A DNA stretch of 64,000 bases from Cyanophora paradoxa CCMP329 (Eukaryota; Plantae; Glaucophyta): contig QPMI01000243.1 of NCBI GenBank assembly GCA_004431415.1, positions 44,649-108,648 of the forward strand. Direction: 5' to 3'. Every line of letters begins with the position of its first letter. Position 1 is the first letter of the stretch. Below, piece after piece: positions 12,291-26,167 of the stretch. The position numbers and the translations under genes are program-made. Below the pieces are notes generated by a model. That model did not search any database. It worked only from the letters and a program-made list of their open reading frames with translations, and had not been told where the DNA came from.

Positions 12291-15200
12291 CTAGCTGGAG
12301 AAGAAAGGGGAGGCGAGGTACTCGTAGGGGGGGTAGCGGAGCTTGTCGAGGCCGTCGATGTGCGTCTGCATGCAGTGGCCGACGGGCTCGTTGACGAGGA
12401 CGCGGGACTCGTCGACGAGGAAGGCGGAGAAGAGGGAGAGGGCGAAGAGGGCATCCAGGTTCGCGTAGGCCCCGGCGCGCAGGACGAGCGAGCGCGCCGC
12501 GGGGCTCTGCAGCCGCTCCACGAGGAGGTACGTCGCGAGCTCCTCGGGCGGCGCGTTCTGCAGCGTCGTCGCCATCTGGCGCCCGAGCTGCTGCGAGCCG
12601 TCCTCCTCCTCGTAGTACGTCGTGAGGGCGAACTTGGAGGGGTGCTTGACGGCGCGGGCCACCTGGGCGCCGTTCTCGTGGCCGGCCTGGAGGGACCAGC
12701 GCCCGAGGACGGCCTTGCGGAGGCGCTTGGCGCGCGTCGGGTCGGCGACGAAGCGCTCGAGGACGCCGGGCTGGTTGAGGAGCACGTAGTGCATCCAGCG
12801 CGAGCCGAGCAACTGCAGGCCCACCGGCGGGCCCTTGACCGCCGCGCTGCACTCGAGCGCCGTGCGGACCTCCCACTCGCGCTGCGTGGGGTAGTCGTCG
12901 GGGTGGTGCCCCCCGCGGAAGAGGACGACGGCGACGTGGCGGCCGGCGACGCGGAGCTCGCCCCCGGCCGGCTCGACGCGGAGCTCCTCGGGGGCGGCGG
13001 CGAGGGCCTGGAGGGAGCGGCGGACGCAGGGGAGGCGGTACTGCTCCCAGAGGAGGAACTCGAGCCAGCGCTCGTCCACCTCGTCGTGGGGGCCCCCGGG
13101 CACCACCATCAGGACCGCCGTCTGGGGCGTCCAGTGCTGCTTCGCCGGGGCCTCCTCGCCGGCGGCGCGGGCCCTCGCGGCGGGGGGCACGAGCCCGCGC
13201 TGCTCCTCGTAGAGCCGCGCCGCCCGCGCGACCGCCGCGGGGACGTTCACCAGCAGCGGGTTCGGCGGCATCACGACCCCCGCGTACGCCTCCACCCCCG
13301 TCCGCTGGATCACGTGCCTGCGCCCCGCCCCGTGAGCGCGGGAGGCAGAGGGACGGGGGCGGGGCGGGGCGGGGCCGCACTGGTGCATGAGGGTGGCGAG
13401 GCCGGAGAGGGCGAGGGGCGTGCCGTACGTCGAGGCGTGCTTGACGCACTTCACGGCGGGGCCCTGGGCGCGGCTGGTGTCGACGAGGAAGTCGAAGCGG
13501 TGGAGGGCGAGGGCGACGGGCTGCCGCGGCGCCTCGTCCGCGTAGGCGGCGCGGTAGACGCCGAGCAGGCCCGCCACGAACGAGTCGACCATGGCGTAGC
13601 CCTCGAGCTGCGAGGTGACGAAGTCGAAGTCCCGCGAGGCGCGCCAGAGGAGGAGCGCCAGGTCGGGGGCCACGCCCCGCGCCGCCGCGTAGCCGGCCTG
13701 CGGGAATGGCTGCGGGAGCACGGAGACGGCGGCGTGCATGGCGTGGCCCCAGGGCCCCGGCACGTCGCGCCCGGGCCCCGTGCCGGCGCCGAGCGAGGCG
13801 GCGGCGGTGGCGCCGCTGGAGAGGAGGCCGTGGTGGAGCATCCACTGCGCCGCCGTGTCCGCGAGGGACGCCGCGAGCCGCGGCGGCACGTGCCGCGCGA
13901 AGTGCACGGCCGCCTCGTAGGCGGGGAGGATCCAGGGCCCGCCGGCGGGGTCGGCGGGGGCGGCGCCGAGGCGGGCGAGGGTGCGCTCGCCGAGGGCGGA
14001 GGAGGCGCGCTCGTCGCGGACGGCCTTCAGCGCGCGGAAGCCGCGCTCGATGCGCTCGGCGAGGGCCACGCGGTCCTCGGCCGCCCGCTTCGCCGCGGCG
14101 AGGAGCTCCTGCATGCGCGCCGCGACGCGCTGGCGCTCCTCGGCGACGTCGGCCTCGAGGCGCTGCTGCTGCCGCCGCATCGTCCCCAGCAGCGCCTCGT
14201 ACTCCTCGCGGAGGGCGGCGAGGCGGCGGCCCTCCTCCTTCCTCACCTCCAGCTCCACGTCCACGAGGCGGCGCTCCAGCTCGGCCTTGGCGGCCTCCGC
14301 CTCCGCCAGCTGCCGCTCCACCTGGCTCCGCTTCAGCCGGCTCACGGCGACGACCTGCACCCAGCGCTCCATGTTCCGCACGCTCGCCGCCGTCAGCCGC
14401 GCCTCCTCCGCCTCCCGCACCGCCCCCTCCCCCTCCCCCGCCTTCCACGCCCCCGCCGGGGCCGGGGCGGGGGCCTTGGGGGCCGCGGGGGCGGCGCGGG
14501 GTGCCGGGGGCGGGGCGGCGCGGGCGCGGGACTCGGCGAGCTGGCGGGCCTTGCCCTCGAGCTCGGCCGTGGTGCGCGAGAGGGCGCCCTCCAGCGCCGA
14601 GAGCTCGTCCCGCTTCGCCGCGAGCTCCTTCTTGGTCATGCGGAGGACCTCGTCCTGGTCGGCGAGGCGCGCGGAGAGGGCGGCGACCTTCGCCTGCAGC
14701 TCCGCCTGCGCCCGCGCCGCCTCCTCCGTGAGCACCCGCAGCCGCCGCACCTGCCCGGGGGGGTCAGGGGATGGGGGCGGGGGCGGCGCGGGAGGACGGG
14801 GCCGGCTCGCCTCGTAGCTCTCGGCCTCGGAAGTGGCGGGGGCGGGGCGGTCGGCGGGGGCGGGGGCGGCGGGGGGGACGACGCCGGAGCGGAGCTGGTC
14901 GATTTTGAGGGCGTAGACCTGGGCGTGGGTGCGGAGCTGGCCCTCCTTGGCGTCCAGCGCGTGCACCCGCGCGAACAGCGCCTGCAGCTCCGAGAGGGCC
15001 CCCTCCTCGGGGCCCCCGCCCCCCTCGCCCCGCCCCTCCGGCCCGCCCTCGGAGAAGCGCGCGCTCCACGCGAGGAGGTCCTTGCGGAGGGCGCGCTTGA
15101 TCGCCAGCACGCCCCGCAGCTCCTCCTCCGCCCCCGCCAGCAGCCGCTGGAGCGCCGGCACCTCCCACGGCGAGCTCGCCATCAGGCCCTCCACCGTCGG

Positions 15201-16940
15201 GCCCTCCTCCTCCCCCGCCCCCGCCCCCGACGCCGCTGCCGCCGGGGCGCCCTCGCCGTCGCCGCGGCTGGCGGGGCGCGGGGCCGGCTCGTCGCGCTGG
15301 GCGGCGTCGGCGAAGGCGGCGAGGGCGGAGCGGAGGGCGTCGACGCGGGACTGGAGCTCGGCGCGCTCGCGGGCGGCGCCCTCGCGCAGCTTGCCCCCCG
15401 CCTCGCGCTCGAGGGCGAGCTCCTCCTCGGCCGCCGTGAGCCGCCGCGCCAGCCGCTCCTTCTCCGCCTCCGCCTCCTCCCCGGCCTTCTGCAGCGCCTC
15501 CATCCGCCCCGCGCCGCCCCCAGCTCCGCCTCCGCCCGCGCCGCCCGCGCCGCCTCGGCCTCGGCGGCGGCGAGGCCGCCGACGCCGCCGGCGCGCGCCT
15601 CGAGGAGCTCGCGGGCGGCCGCGTCGGAGCGCTCCTGGAGGGCGCCAGCTCCTCCCGCAGCGCGGCGGCCTCGGCGCGGGCGGCGCGCTCGGCGGCGGCG
15701 GCCTGGCGGGCGGCGTGGGCGGCGTCGGCGGCCTCCTCGAGGGCGGCGGCGAGCTTCTCCTGGAGGCCCTCGACCTCCTCGACGAGGGCCCCGATCTCCG
15801 CCTCGAACGCCTCCTTCGTCTTCCGCTCCGCCGCCTTCGCCCGCTTCGGCAGCTCCCGCGCCAGCGCCGCCGACGTCGCCACGTCCTGCAGCGCCCCCTG
15901 CAGGTCGAACTCCGCGGTGCGGGCGACGAGCGCCTCGAGGCGCGCCGCCTCGGCGGCCGCCGCCTTGCGCAGCGCCGCGTAGCGCCGCGCGGGGCCCTCC
16001 TTGGCCTCCCGCAGCAGCTCGTCGATCACCACCTGGGCCGCCTTGTCCCGCCCCGCCTTCTTCTTCAGGAAGCGGTAGTTGCCCCGCACCGTCTCGATCA
16101 GCCACACCAGCCCTGCGCGCCGCCTCGGCCGGGGCCGCGCCGCCAGCGGGCGGGGCCGGGCGGAGGGGTGCGCGCACCCTCGCCGATGCGGGGGTCGGGG
16201 CGGTAGTTCTTGTTGGAGGGCGCGTCGGAGGCGCGGGCGACGGCCTCGGTGCCCATCACGCGGTAAACGAGGCCCTCGCGCATCTGCGAGACCCCCAGCC
16301 GCTGCTCGATCTCCTCCGGCGTCAACGCCCCCGGCACGTCCTGCTTCGAGCAGAATCTGCACCACCCGCCGTCAGCGCGCCCCGCCGCCCGGCCGCCACG
16401 CCTCGCCGCACATGACGAAGGGCTTGGCCTGCGTGCGGGGCTCCCGGACGAGCTTGAGGAGGAGGCGGCGGTTCTTCTGCAGGTTCGCCTCATCGCTCGA
16501 GTCCACCACGAAAATGAAGCAGTAGCACTGCGCCGCTGGCGTCAGAGGGCGGAGGGGCAGCTGGCGGCCGCCGCCGCACGTCGATGAGGTAGTTGGCCCA
16601 GACGCTGGGCTCGATCTTGTAGTTGTGGCCTATCTCGAAGGAGGCCGTGGTGTAGCTAACGGGCTCTCCGTCGCACAGCACAGTCTCTGGCCGCTCTGCG
16701 CCGCGGGCGCTCAGGGAGGACTCGGACCCAGAACAGCCGCCCCGCTCACCCTTAACGAGCTGGCCGCAGGAGAACTTCAGCGCTGGCAGAAGCGACCGCT
16801 TGCCGCTGCCGATGCATCCCACCTGCGCCCGGGCGCTCAGCTATGCGGCTCGACCGCCGAGCCTCCGCGACACGCACCAGAGCGATGGGCAGCCAGGTGG
16901 GTCGCGCCACTGGCGCATCTGGTCTGGCCTCGGCAGCCAT
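12291..16940 (-). CDS. Fusion protein: ARL13-like Arf-family GTPase domain + long coiled coil + eukaryotic glutathione synthetase-like ATP-grasp domain (both enzyme domains degenerate)
   Basis: Exons give IALVGCIGSGKRS, VWANYLIDCYCFIFVVDSSD, KPFVIFCSKQD and DPRIGEGLVWLI; coiled coil continues across two 1-nt frameshifts in G/C runs (~15645, ~15508); C-terminus HGLL..LPQPFP..HRFDFL..VAVVLFRGGHHPDDYPT..EW..R..LE.S.AVK.P..PGVLERF. Confidence 0.75.
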
Positions 16941-17116
16941 GCCGGGCCCGCTGCTCGCTGCCGTCGTTGCTGGTGTGTTGCGCTTATTTTGCTTTTGGGG
17001 GGTGGGGTCGCAACGGGGTACAGTGCAAACTCTGCGCTGTCCGAGCCCCGAGATCTGTGTCGATCAATACGGGCCTCTCGAAACGCGCCTGCGATGCAAC
17101 GCTAGCCGTTGCGAGG

Positions 17117-20100
17117 ATGCCGGCCCAAGAGCAACTCATCTTGAGGCTACTGCTGGACGCCTGGCAGTCCAGGCGCTCGCCGAAAGCATGGGAGAAGAGA
17201 TGCCGTGCGCTCCTCGCGTCCGGCGGTGCGTTGGAGGAGGAGCTGAACGGGGCCCTCCAAGGTACCACCGCCTCCGAACGTCGCCGCCCCTCGTGGACGC
17301 GCTGACACGCGCCGGTAGATATACTACTACAACAGCTGCTGTGCGGGGCGCATCCGAGCCCACAGATCCAGTCCTACCTGCGCTACGGGCTCCATTCCGG
17401 CCTTATCTCAGTGCCGGCGTTCGTGGAGCGCGTGTGCAATGGTTCGTGTGCCCAGGCGGTTGTGTGCTGCTGCGTATTGGCTGACCGCTCCCTGCAGTGG
17501 AGCGGTGGCGCAAAGCGCTCCTCGACCCGCGAAGGCCCCTGCACTTCAACTTCGTCCTGCAGCTCCTTGAGGAGTTCCTCCCGAAGCTGCCGGCGTCGGC
17601 CCGCGGGCCGGGTGCGCTGGACCGCGCCAGGACAGCGCCTCTGCCCCGCAGAACCTCTTTCCCGCAGACCAGCGGATCACGACGGAGCGCGCGCTGCGCG
17701 TCGCTGCGGTGATGCTGGAGGCGTGCGTCGCGCTCGCCGAGGGTGTCGCAGAGGCGAAGGACGGCACACCGTGCGCCCCGCCGCCGCCGCCGCCCCCTGC
17801 GCCCCCGCCGACGTTCCTGCGCAGGGGCGACGCGGACCGGCGCTGCAACAGCCTGCTCGAGAAGCTGCTGTCTGATCCGTCCGCGGCGTCGCTCATTGCC
17901 GTCGCGAGCCGCGAGCTGCCGGGTGCGCGCTGCGCGTGGCCGCGGGGAGGCGCGACGGGCCGACCGGGGACGGCAGACGCGTGGGAGCGGTTCCAGCGCG
18001 CACGGAGGAGGGCGGCGGGCGATTCGAAAGGCCCTGCGCAGGAATTGCCCTCGGTGTGGCCGGCGTCGGCGATGTGGCGGCTGGCGGGGCCGGAGGCGGG
18101 GATCAGCGGGCACGCGCACAGCCTGGCGGCGGTGGATTGGATGCTGGCGAGCCTGGCGAGCGGCGAGGCGTGCGTGGCGGCGTGGCTCGGACCCGAGGAG
18201 CGCCTCGAGCGCGTCGAGGCCGCCTGCAGCGTCCGCGGCTGGCTCGCCCACGGGCCCCAGGCTGCCCTCGCCCTCTGGACCGCCGCCCTGCGCCTCGCGC
18301 CCCGTCCGGGTTCCGACCCCGAGGCCCCGCCCTGGCCCCGCCGCAGCCTCCTCCTCTCCGTGGTGCGTGTCCCGGCGCCGGCTCCCCGCGCCCCGCGCCA
18401 ACTGCCGTGCAGGTGCCGGCGATGGTGCGGGGGCTGCGGGAGCGGTGGCCCCGCGGGGCGGCCGCCCCTCACGCTGAGCGGGCCCTCGAGGGGGCCCTCC
18501 ACGCCCTTGGCCTCGCGTGCGCGCGCCCCCACCCCGCCCCCACCCCCCGCCCCTGAGCGAGGGCGGCGCAGCGGCACGCCGCTCGCCGGCGAGGTGGTGG
18601 CGCACGGGCTGCGCGCGGGGCCCTCCGCCGCGAGCTGCTGCCGGCCTCGCTGCTCGAGCCCGAGCCGCGGGCCCCCGAGGAGGCCGGCCTCGAGCAGGCC
18701 CGCGCCCGCCTCCGCTCCGACGACCCCGCCGAGCGCGCCGCCGGCCTCGCCGAGGCGCTCGAGGCCGCCGCCGGCTCGCCGGCCGCGCCCCCGCGCGTGG
18801 CGCACCAGGCGGCGGCGGCGCGGCTGGTGGCGGACGCGTGCGACCCCGCGTGGCACGGCGGCGACGCGGGGCGCGCGGCGGCGGCCGCGGGGGCCCTCGT
18901 CGCCGCCCAGGGCGCCCTCGCGGCGGTCGCCCTGCACGGGCTGCTGCGGCCCCTCGCCGCGGGGCTCGCGCGCGCCGCCGAGTCGGCGGCCGAGGGGCCC
19001 GACCTCACCGCCGCCTTCGGCGCCCTCGTCGGCGTCCTCGAGCGCACCCTCCCCGCCGCCGCCGCCGGCGACACCAACCCGCCCGAGGCCGAGGCCGCCG
19101 CCGCCGCCATCGAGGCGGCGGGGCGCCCCGCGCTGCCCGGTGGTACCGCGCCTGGCGCAGGGGCGGGGTCGACGCGCTCGGGCCCCTCTCCGCGGAGGCC
19201 ACCGGGCCTCGCCGAGCGCCGACGGGGCGGCCGCCGCGGCCAAGGCCGAGGTGATCGTGCTCGACGGGGACACGCCCACGGCCTCCCCGCCCGCCGCCGA
19301 GGCGCCCGCCGCCGACCTCGCCGCCCCGCCGCCGACGCCGCCGCCGAAGCACGTGCGCCGCCCTGCGGTCCGCCCCCGCCATCCGCCCCCCGCCTGACGC
19401 GGCTCGGGCGGGGGCGCGCAGCCAAGTCGCCGACGGAGCTGCCGCTGATGGGGGACGCGGAGGGCCTTCTGGCGGGCGTGGGGCCCCGGGGCCGCCCCCT
19501 TGGGCGACCCCGCCGCCCTCGCCCTCCAGCTCGCGGCCGCCCTCGGCTTCCCGCCCCGGGCCCGGCGGCGCGCTCCTCGCCGGCGCCCCTCGCCGGCTCG
19601 AAGCGCAAGCGCGAGGAGGAGGCGGCCGAGGCCGCTCCGCTCGACGAGGCCTTCGCGCCCGCCGTGCCCCTCCCCGACCGCATCGCCGCCTTCCTCTCGT
19701 GCGTGCACCCCCCTCCCGCCCCGCCCCGCGCCCCGAGCCGGCCCGCAGCCGCCACGGCGCCTTCTCGCTCCTCGAGGTCCTGGGGGCGCCCTGCGGCGCG
19801 CCGGCTCGGGGCCCGACCCGGGCCCCCTCCCGGCGGCGCTCGCCGCGCTGCTCGCGGCGGCGCCGCTCGCCGGCCACGCCGCCGCCCGCTGGGCCGCCGC
19901 CCAGCTCCGCCTCCGCCCCGCCGCCTGGCCCCGCGTCCCCTCCCCAGCGTGCGCCCTGCCGCCGCCCTCTCTCCCGCGCCCCCCGACGCCGCCCGCAGAG
20001 ACCGCTCCTCCTCGGTTCCCCTGCCCTCGCCGTGGCCGCCGCCGTCGCCCTCGCCCTCAGCGAGGGCCCCGCTCCCGTGCGCCCTGCTTCCCCCTTCCTC

Positions 20101-21205
20101 TCGCCTGCGAACCGACGCGTCGCCCCCCGCAGGCCCTCTACGCCGCGGCCCCGGCGCTGCGCCTCGCCGCGGCGGCGGCCGCCGCCACGCCGGACCGCGG
20201 GCCGGCCGAGGCCGCCGCCTGCACCGTCCTCGCCGCCGCCTTCGCCCGCTGTGCGCCGCCCTCCTCTTTGGTTTTGCTCGCTCTGACCCGCCCCGCAGCC
20301 TCCCTGCCGCCGCCCCCGCCTCCCATTTCTCCTCCACTGGCGGCGGCGGCGCTGCGGGCCGGACTGGCGGCGCTGATGCAGGGCCCCGGGACCGCCAGCC
20401 CCGCGGATGCCGCCGCCGCCTCGGCGCCCTCCTTCAGCACCCCCTTCGCCCCCGTGCCCTTCGGGGTCCCCACCGCGGATGCATGGGGCTCGGGCCTGGC
20501 GGCGCCCTTCGCGGCCACGCCGGAGGCCTTGCGGGCGGCGATGGAGGCGGCGGGCGGGGCGCGGCCGCTGGCGGCGGCGGCCCTCGCGGCGGTGGTGCAG
20601 GGGGCGGGGGAGGCGGCGGACGGGGCGGCGCTCGCCCGGGCCGCGGACCTCGCGGGCGCGCTGCTCGCCGACCTCGCCGGGGGCGCGCACGGCGCCGCCC
20701 GCCTCGTCGCCGGCCCCGCCCTCGCCGAGGCCCTCGAGGCGGCCGGGTGCCTGCGGGCGCCGTCGGCGGCCGCGGCGGCGGGGCGCGGGGGCGGGGGGCG
20801 GCGGGGCTGGCGCACGCGTGCGTGGCGTACGCGGCGGCGCTGCTCTCGTGCCCGGGGCCGCCCGTCGGGGGCCAGGTCGCCCGCTCCACCGCCCTCCTCG
20901 CCGCCGAGCTCCTCGAGGGCCGCCACGCCGCCCCCGCCACCTCCCCCGACGGCGCCCCGCCCGCGCCCCCCCGCCCCCGCCGCCGCCGCCTTCTCCCTCG
21001 CCTTCGCCGCCTACGCCGGGCCCTCGCCCGGCGCCTCGGCCTGGCGCCGCCCTTCGGCGCCGGGCCCGTGCGGGGGCGCCTGGCCGGCGCCCTCGCCGAC
21101 GCCGGCGCCACGGCGGCGGCCCTCTCCCTTCTCGACCCCGCCAGCGAGAATGAGCGCCCGCTCCTCGCCGCCCTCGCCTGCCGCGTCGCCGAGCCACCCA
21201 GGTAG
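17117..21205 (+). CDS. MED24: Mediator tail subunit MED24/MED5(MED33)-like, Ala-rich helical protein
   Basis: N-terminus LLLDAWQSRRSPKAW...DILLQQLLCGAHPSPQIQSYLRYGLHSGLIS resembles MED24 (ILQAWKERWS..W..DALLEQAMIGPSPNPLILSYLKYA); 3' part has several apparent frameshifts. Confidence 0.62.
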
Positions 21206-21228
21206 CGTAGCGAATTCGATACCTTCTG

Positions 21229-21629
21229 CTGGGCCGTTTCTCGCTGTCGCCAAAATGTATGGCGGCCTTGCGCGTAAGGCCTTACGTAGCGCTTACGAAT
21301 TAAGCTACGTAGCACGATGTTAAGGAAAAGATAATTTCGTAACGGAGTGTAAGCAATTTTGCTTACGCGCGGAACCCTAATTTGAAGATTAAGGTTCCGC
21401 GCGTAAGCTACAGCCGTAAGCTACGCGTTACGCGAGCAGCCTGGCAGCCAATCGCGGCGCTGGGAGCTCCGGGGCTACGCGGTTAATTCCTCAGCCGCGT
21501 AAGCTACACGCAAGCTTGAGCTGCACGCAAGCTCCGAACTTCCGATCTTGCCTCTAGCGGTTTTTCAATATCTCGCTAGGCGTCTTTAATTTTCGCTACG
21601 TAGTGCCGCGACAGCGAGAAACGGCCCAG
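21229..21629. mobile_element. MITE-like non-autonomous element with 22-bp perfect terminal inverted repeats
   Basis: CTGGGCCGTTTCTCGCTGTCGC (21229-21250) and its reverse complement at 21608-21629; non-coding, AT-richer interior with repeated CGTAAGC/GCTTACG motifs and a 16-bp internal inverted repeat (21361-21408). Confidence 0.8.
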
Positions 21630-21833
21630 TGCTCGGCGCCCTCTTTGAATTCGGAAGTTCCACCCTACGCATACTGTACGACAATACAAAAGCGACACAA
21701 AGAACGCGCACTAGCTAGATAGCTAGCTATAGCTATAGGCGCGTAACGTTTTGACTGGACTGAGTAACAGCCCGGGTACCGATACGGCCCGACTACCCGG
21801 GGGTACCGTCAGTCTGTTCGCAGATCGTTCGCA

Positions 21834-23345
<1,512 letters not shown>

Positions 23346-23939
23346 GCGGGGAATTAGCCCGTTTAGTATGCACAGCTTCGACGCAGGCCGCTCCGCGGAG
23401 CTAGGCTGCGCTCTTAGGCGCGGGCTACGAACCGGAGTTCAGTTTTCGCCCTTGCTCTCCTGTAGGGGCCCCCATGTACCATTGCATAATTTGGCTTTTT
23501 CAAATGCAGGAAGGTGATTGTTCGCATTCTCACTTGTACGGGACTGTGCACTGACGTCGCATTGGGACCCGGATAGCTGGCTTCATCGCGGTGCGAGCTC
23601 GGTAGGACTAGTCGGGATAGAAGGCCGGGCCGCGGATTGCATGAAAGTGAGACTCTGCCAGGCTGTGCACTTGAGGGCCCTCGGCCCAGATCTAGAATGA
23701 AGCGCGCGCGTGTGATCACGGCCCAGAATGAAGCGCGCGCGTGTTTTTCGATTGCGAGCTGCGTAGGACGTGCGCATGCATGCGGGCCCGGGCGTTGCAA
23801 CGGTTCCTAGATTTCACCATTCTCTGAGGCCACGATTGCGGATGCATGTGAGGTCTGGGGGGCCAGCCATCGAGCACTTCGAACAGGCCGGCCAAAACAA
23901 CAGGATCGGGAAAGGGGACGAGAAAGGGTGGGAGGGAGC

Positions 23940-25630
23940 CTAAGTGGAGAGAATCTTGTACTTCTCCGCCTGGGGCACATGGTTGACGACGACGCGGCCG
24001 TCGTAGGAGACGGAAGCGAAGAGCCAGGCGTCGGCGGCGCCCCAGGCGATGCTGTAGACGCTCTCGTCGTGGTGCTCGTACTTGCAGACGAGGCCATCGC
24101 TCTGCTTCGGGGGCGTAAGCGCCTCCTCCTGCTGCGGCTCAATGCTCCCACTCGGCGTCGACGAGACGGAGAGCGCCTTCCACAGCGACACGACGCAGTC
24201 CGTGCTGCACGAAAGCAGCAACTGGTCGTGGATCCGGTTGTACCGCACACCCCACGCCCTACGGCCGCGTGTCAGCGCGCGCGAGCCGCCGGGCCGGGGC
24301 ACGAGGATGTTCGTACCAGTGGGAGTGGGCCCGAAGGGAGTTGAGGGGCGCCGCTGGCTTTCGCAGGTCAAAGAACTTGATAAGCCCGTCGTCCCCGGCG
24401 GAGCACAGGATCTGTGCAGATTAAGATCGAGCCGGGAACTTCAAACCCGGCCGGCACACCCACGGCCTGTTGGGGTTGTAGTCAACACTCCGGACACACA
24501 CACTATGTGCCTGCTCGACAGCCGCCGCGGCCCTGAAGGAAAGAATCAGATACCCGCACGAAGGAAAGGAGGGCACGACGAAATAAAAAGCGCACTTCAT
24601 GGAGCGCAGGTCCCACGTCCGCACCGCGGTGTCGCACGCGGTGGCGATCTGGTCGGTGTGGTGTGGGTCCCACGTTCCGCACCACAGCTTCTGCCCCTTC
24701 GGCGGCTGCACGCTCGAGCTCTCCTGCAACAATCCCAGTCAGCTGGAGAAGAGCGAAAAGAGGAAGCCAAACAAGGGTCCAGGGGGATCAGTAAAAATAG
24801 ATTGTTGTAATCAAAGATTATCAGTTCTGGTGCCGCGTATGACATCATGTAAAGGCCAGCAAAGGCCAAGCCCGCGAGCGGAAGGCACAAGAAAAAAAGA
24901 GCAACTTGCCGTTGGAGTGCTCTTGTTGGCGCCCAGGCCCCACATTCGCACGTTGCCCTCATCGATCGTCACGACGTATTCAGTACGGACGGGGTTCCAA
25001 AGCACCCTGCGAAAGATGTGTCAACGATACGCGCGAGGGCTGAGCGGATGGCATGCAGAGTACGAACCCTCGCAGGAACTCTCCCTTGGGGTCCAGCGTG
25101 CAACGGGGTTGCAAGGGCTGATTTACATCACCGTCGTGCCCGCCCTCCGTCAATTTCCACAAGCCAGCCTTTGTCTCGCTGCCTGGGTGGATGATGAGGG
25201 GCAATAAAGGCAATGGGTTCGCGGATGGCGCGAACCCGTGTTGTAGCAAGTGAAGAAAAGCCCCGCGTCCGAGGGGCACGGTGCTATGTCCCAGATTTCG
25301 TGTTGGTGGCTGTACACGCGTTCGCAGCGTACTTCGTTCACGTCCTCGTTGAATTGTAGCAAATGGACCTGCTTCGGAATGAGTTGCAAAAGCGTGCGCA
25401 CCAAGCGCAGCACGAACCTCGTTCTCTTCGCGCAGGTTAAGCGTGCCAACAAGAAATTTGTTGTTGTCCGTGTCTCCGACGACCGCGGAGATGCACCTAC
25501 TCTGGGACAACTGAAGTCAGGGCGGCGCGAGAATGGGAAGCCAAGAAGCGGCCGAAAGGGCGAACAAGCGCACTTGGAACTTCAAATGGTAGAGGCCGGA
25601 GGCCTGCGGGGCCCCGGCTGCGGTCGCCAT
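23940..25630 (-). CDS. EIPR1: WD40 protein EIPR1/TSSC1 (plant DWA2) homolog
   Basis: LYHLKFQSRCI..FLVGTLNLREENEVHLL..HEIWDIAPCP; VRSVDYNPNRP; HDESVYSIAW..WLFASVSYDGRVVVNHVP..KYKIL. Confidence 0.88.
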
Positions 25631-26167
25631 CGGAGCAGCCCGGCCGGCCAACGCCGCGCCGCCTCAGAGAGGTTTGGTTATGCGGAACGCTTGCAATAAT
25701 TCGAATGGAAGCGATCTGAAGCGCCCGGCCTCGCGAGGCCCTGGGCAATGGACCCTCAACTCAGGGTACAGGACGACAACCAAGTGGGGGTAGAGGCTAT
25801 TCTTGCGTGGAGCCGTTCGTGTTTTCAGCAGGTGAGTTCCCGGGCGCGCGGCGCCGCGGGAAGTCTCGGGCGCTGTCGATGTGTCGCCTAAAATGCGGAG
25901 GGGCGGTGCCCTACCTTGAGAGCAACCGCCCGCCACGTCGCGGCGCCCACCCTCCATATTTTTTCACCCAAGACGCTCCCCGCCCCTGCGGGACGTCTCT
26001 CTCCCGCCCTAGAGGCCGCCACGCGCCCCGCTAAGCCGCTACGCAAACTCCTTGCCGTCTGCGGCGCAGCTGTCCGTTCTTCATAGGAACTGCTTTCCCA
26101 TCGGCCGTGTCTAACTTCCGTGTTCCGCTCATCAGCAGAGGATCAGCTCAGCCAGCAACATCAGAAG

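Noticed and set aside
12291-13940. Functional glutathione synthetase (GSH2/GSS) call
   Set aside because: ATP-, Mg- and glycine-binding motifs are all substituted; annotated as a degenerate domain instead
12360-16415. Very long plus-strand ORF (1351 aa) and many other long Arg/Pro/Gly/Ala-rich ORFs in the track
   Set aside because: Antisense or off-frame shadows of real genes caused by extreme GC content and stop-codon scarcity; no domain signal
15500-20830. Multiple 1-nt frameshifts in the fusion and MED24-like genes (also in the WW and RCC1 genes) suggesting programmed frameshifting or pseudogenes
   Set aside because: They fall in or next to G/C runs with intact coding on both sides, typical of long-read consensus deletions; needs read-level confirmation
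23695-23745. Short tandem repeats (AGAATGAAGCGCGCGCGTGT x2; also 47250-47286) as CRISPR-like arrays
   Set aside because: Only two or three units, no regular unique spacers, no cas genes, eukaryotic context
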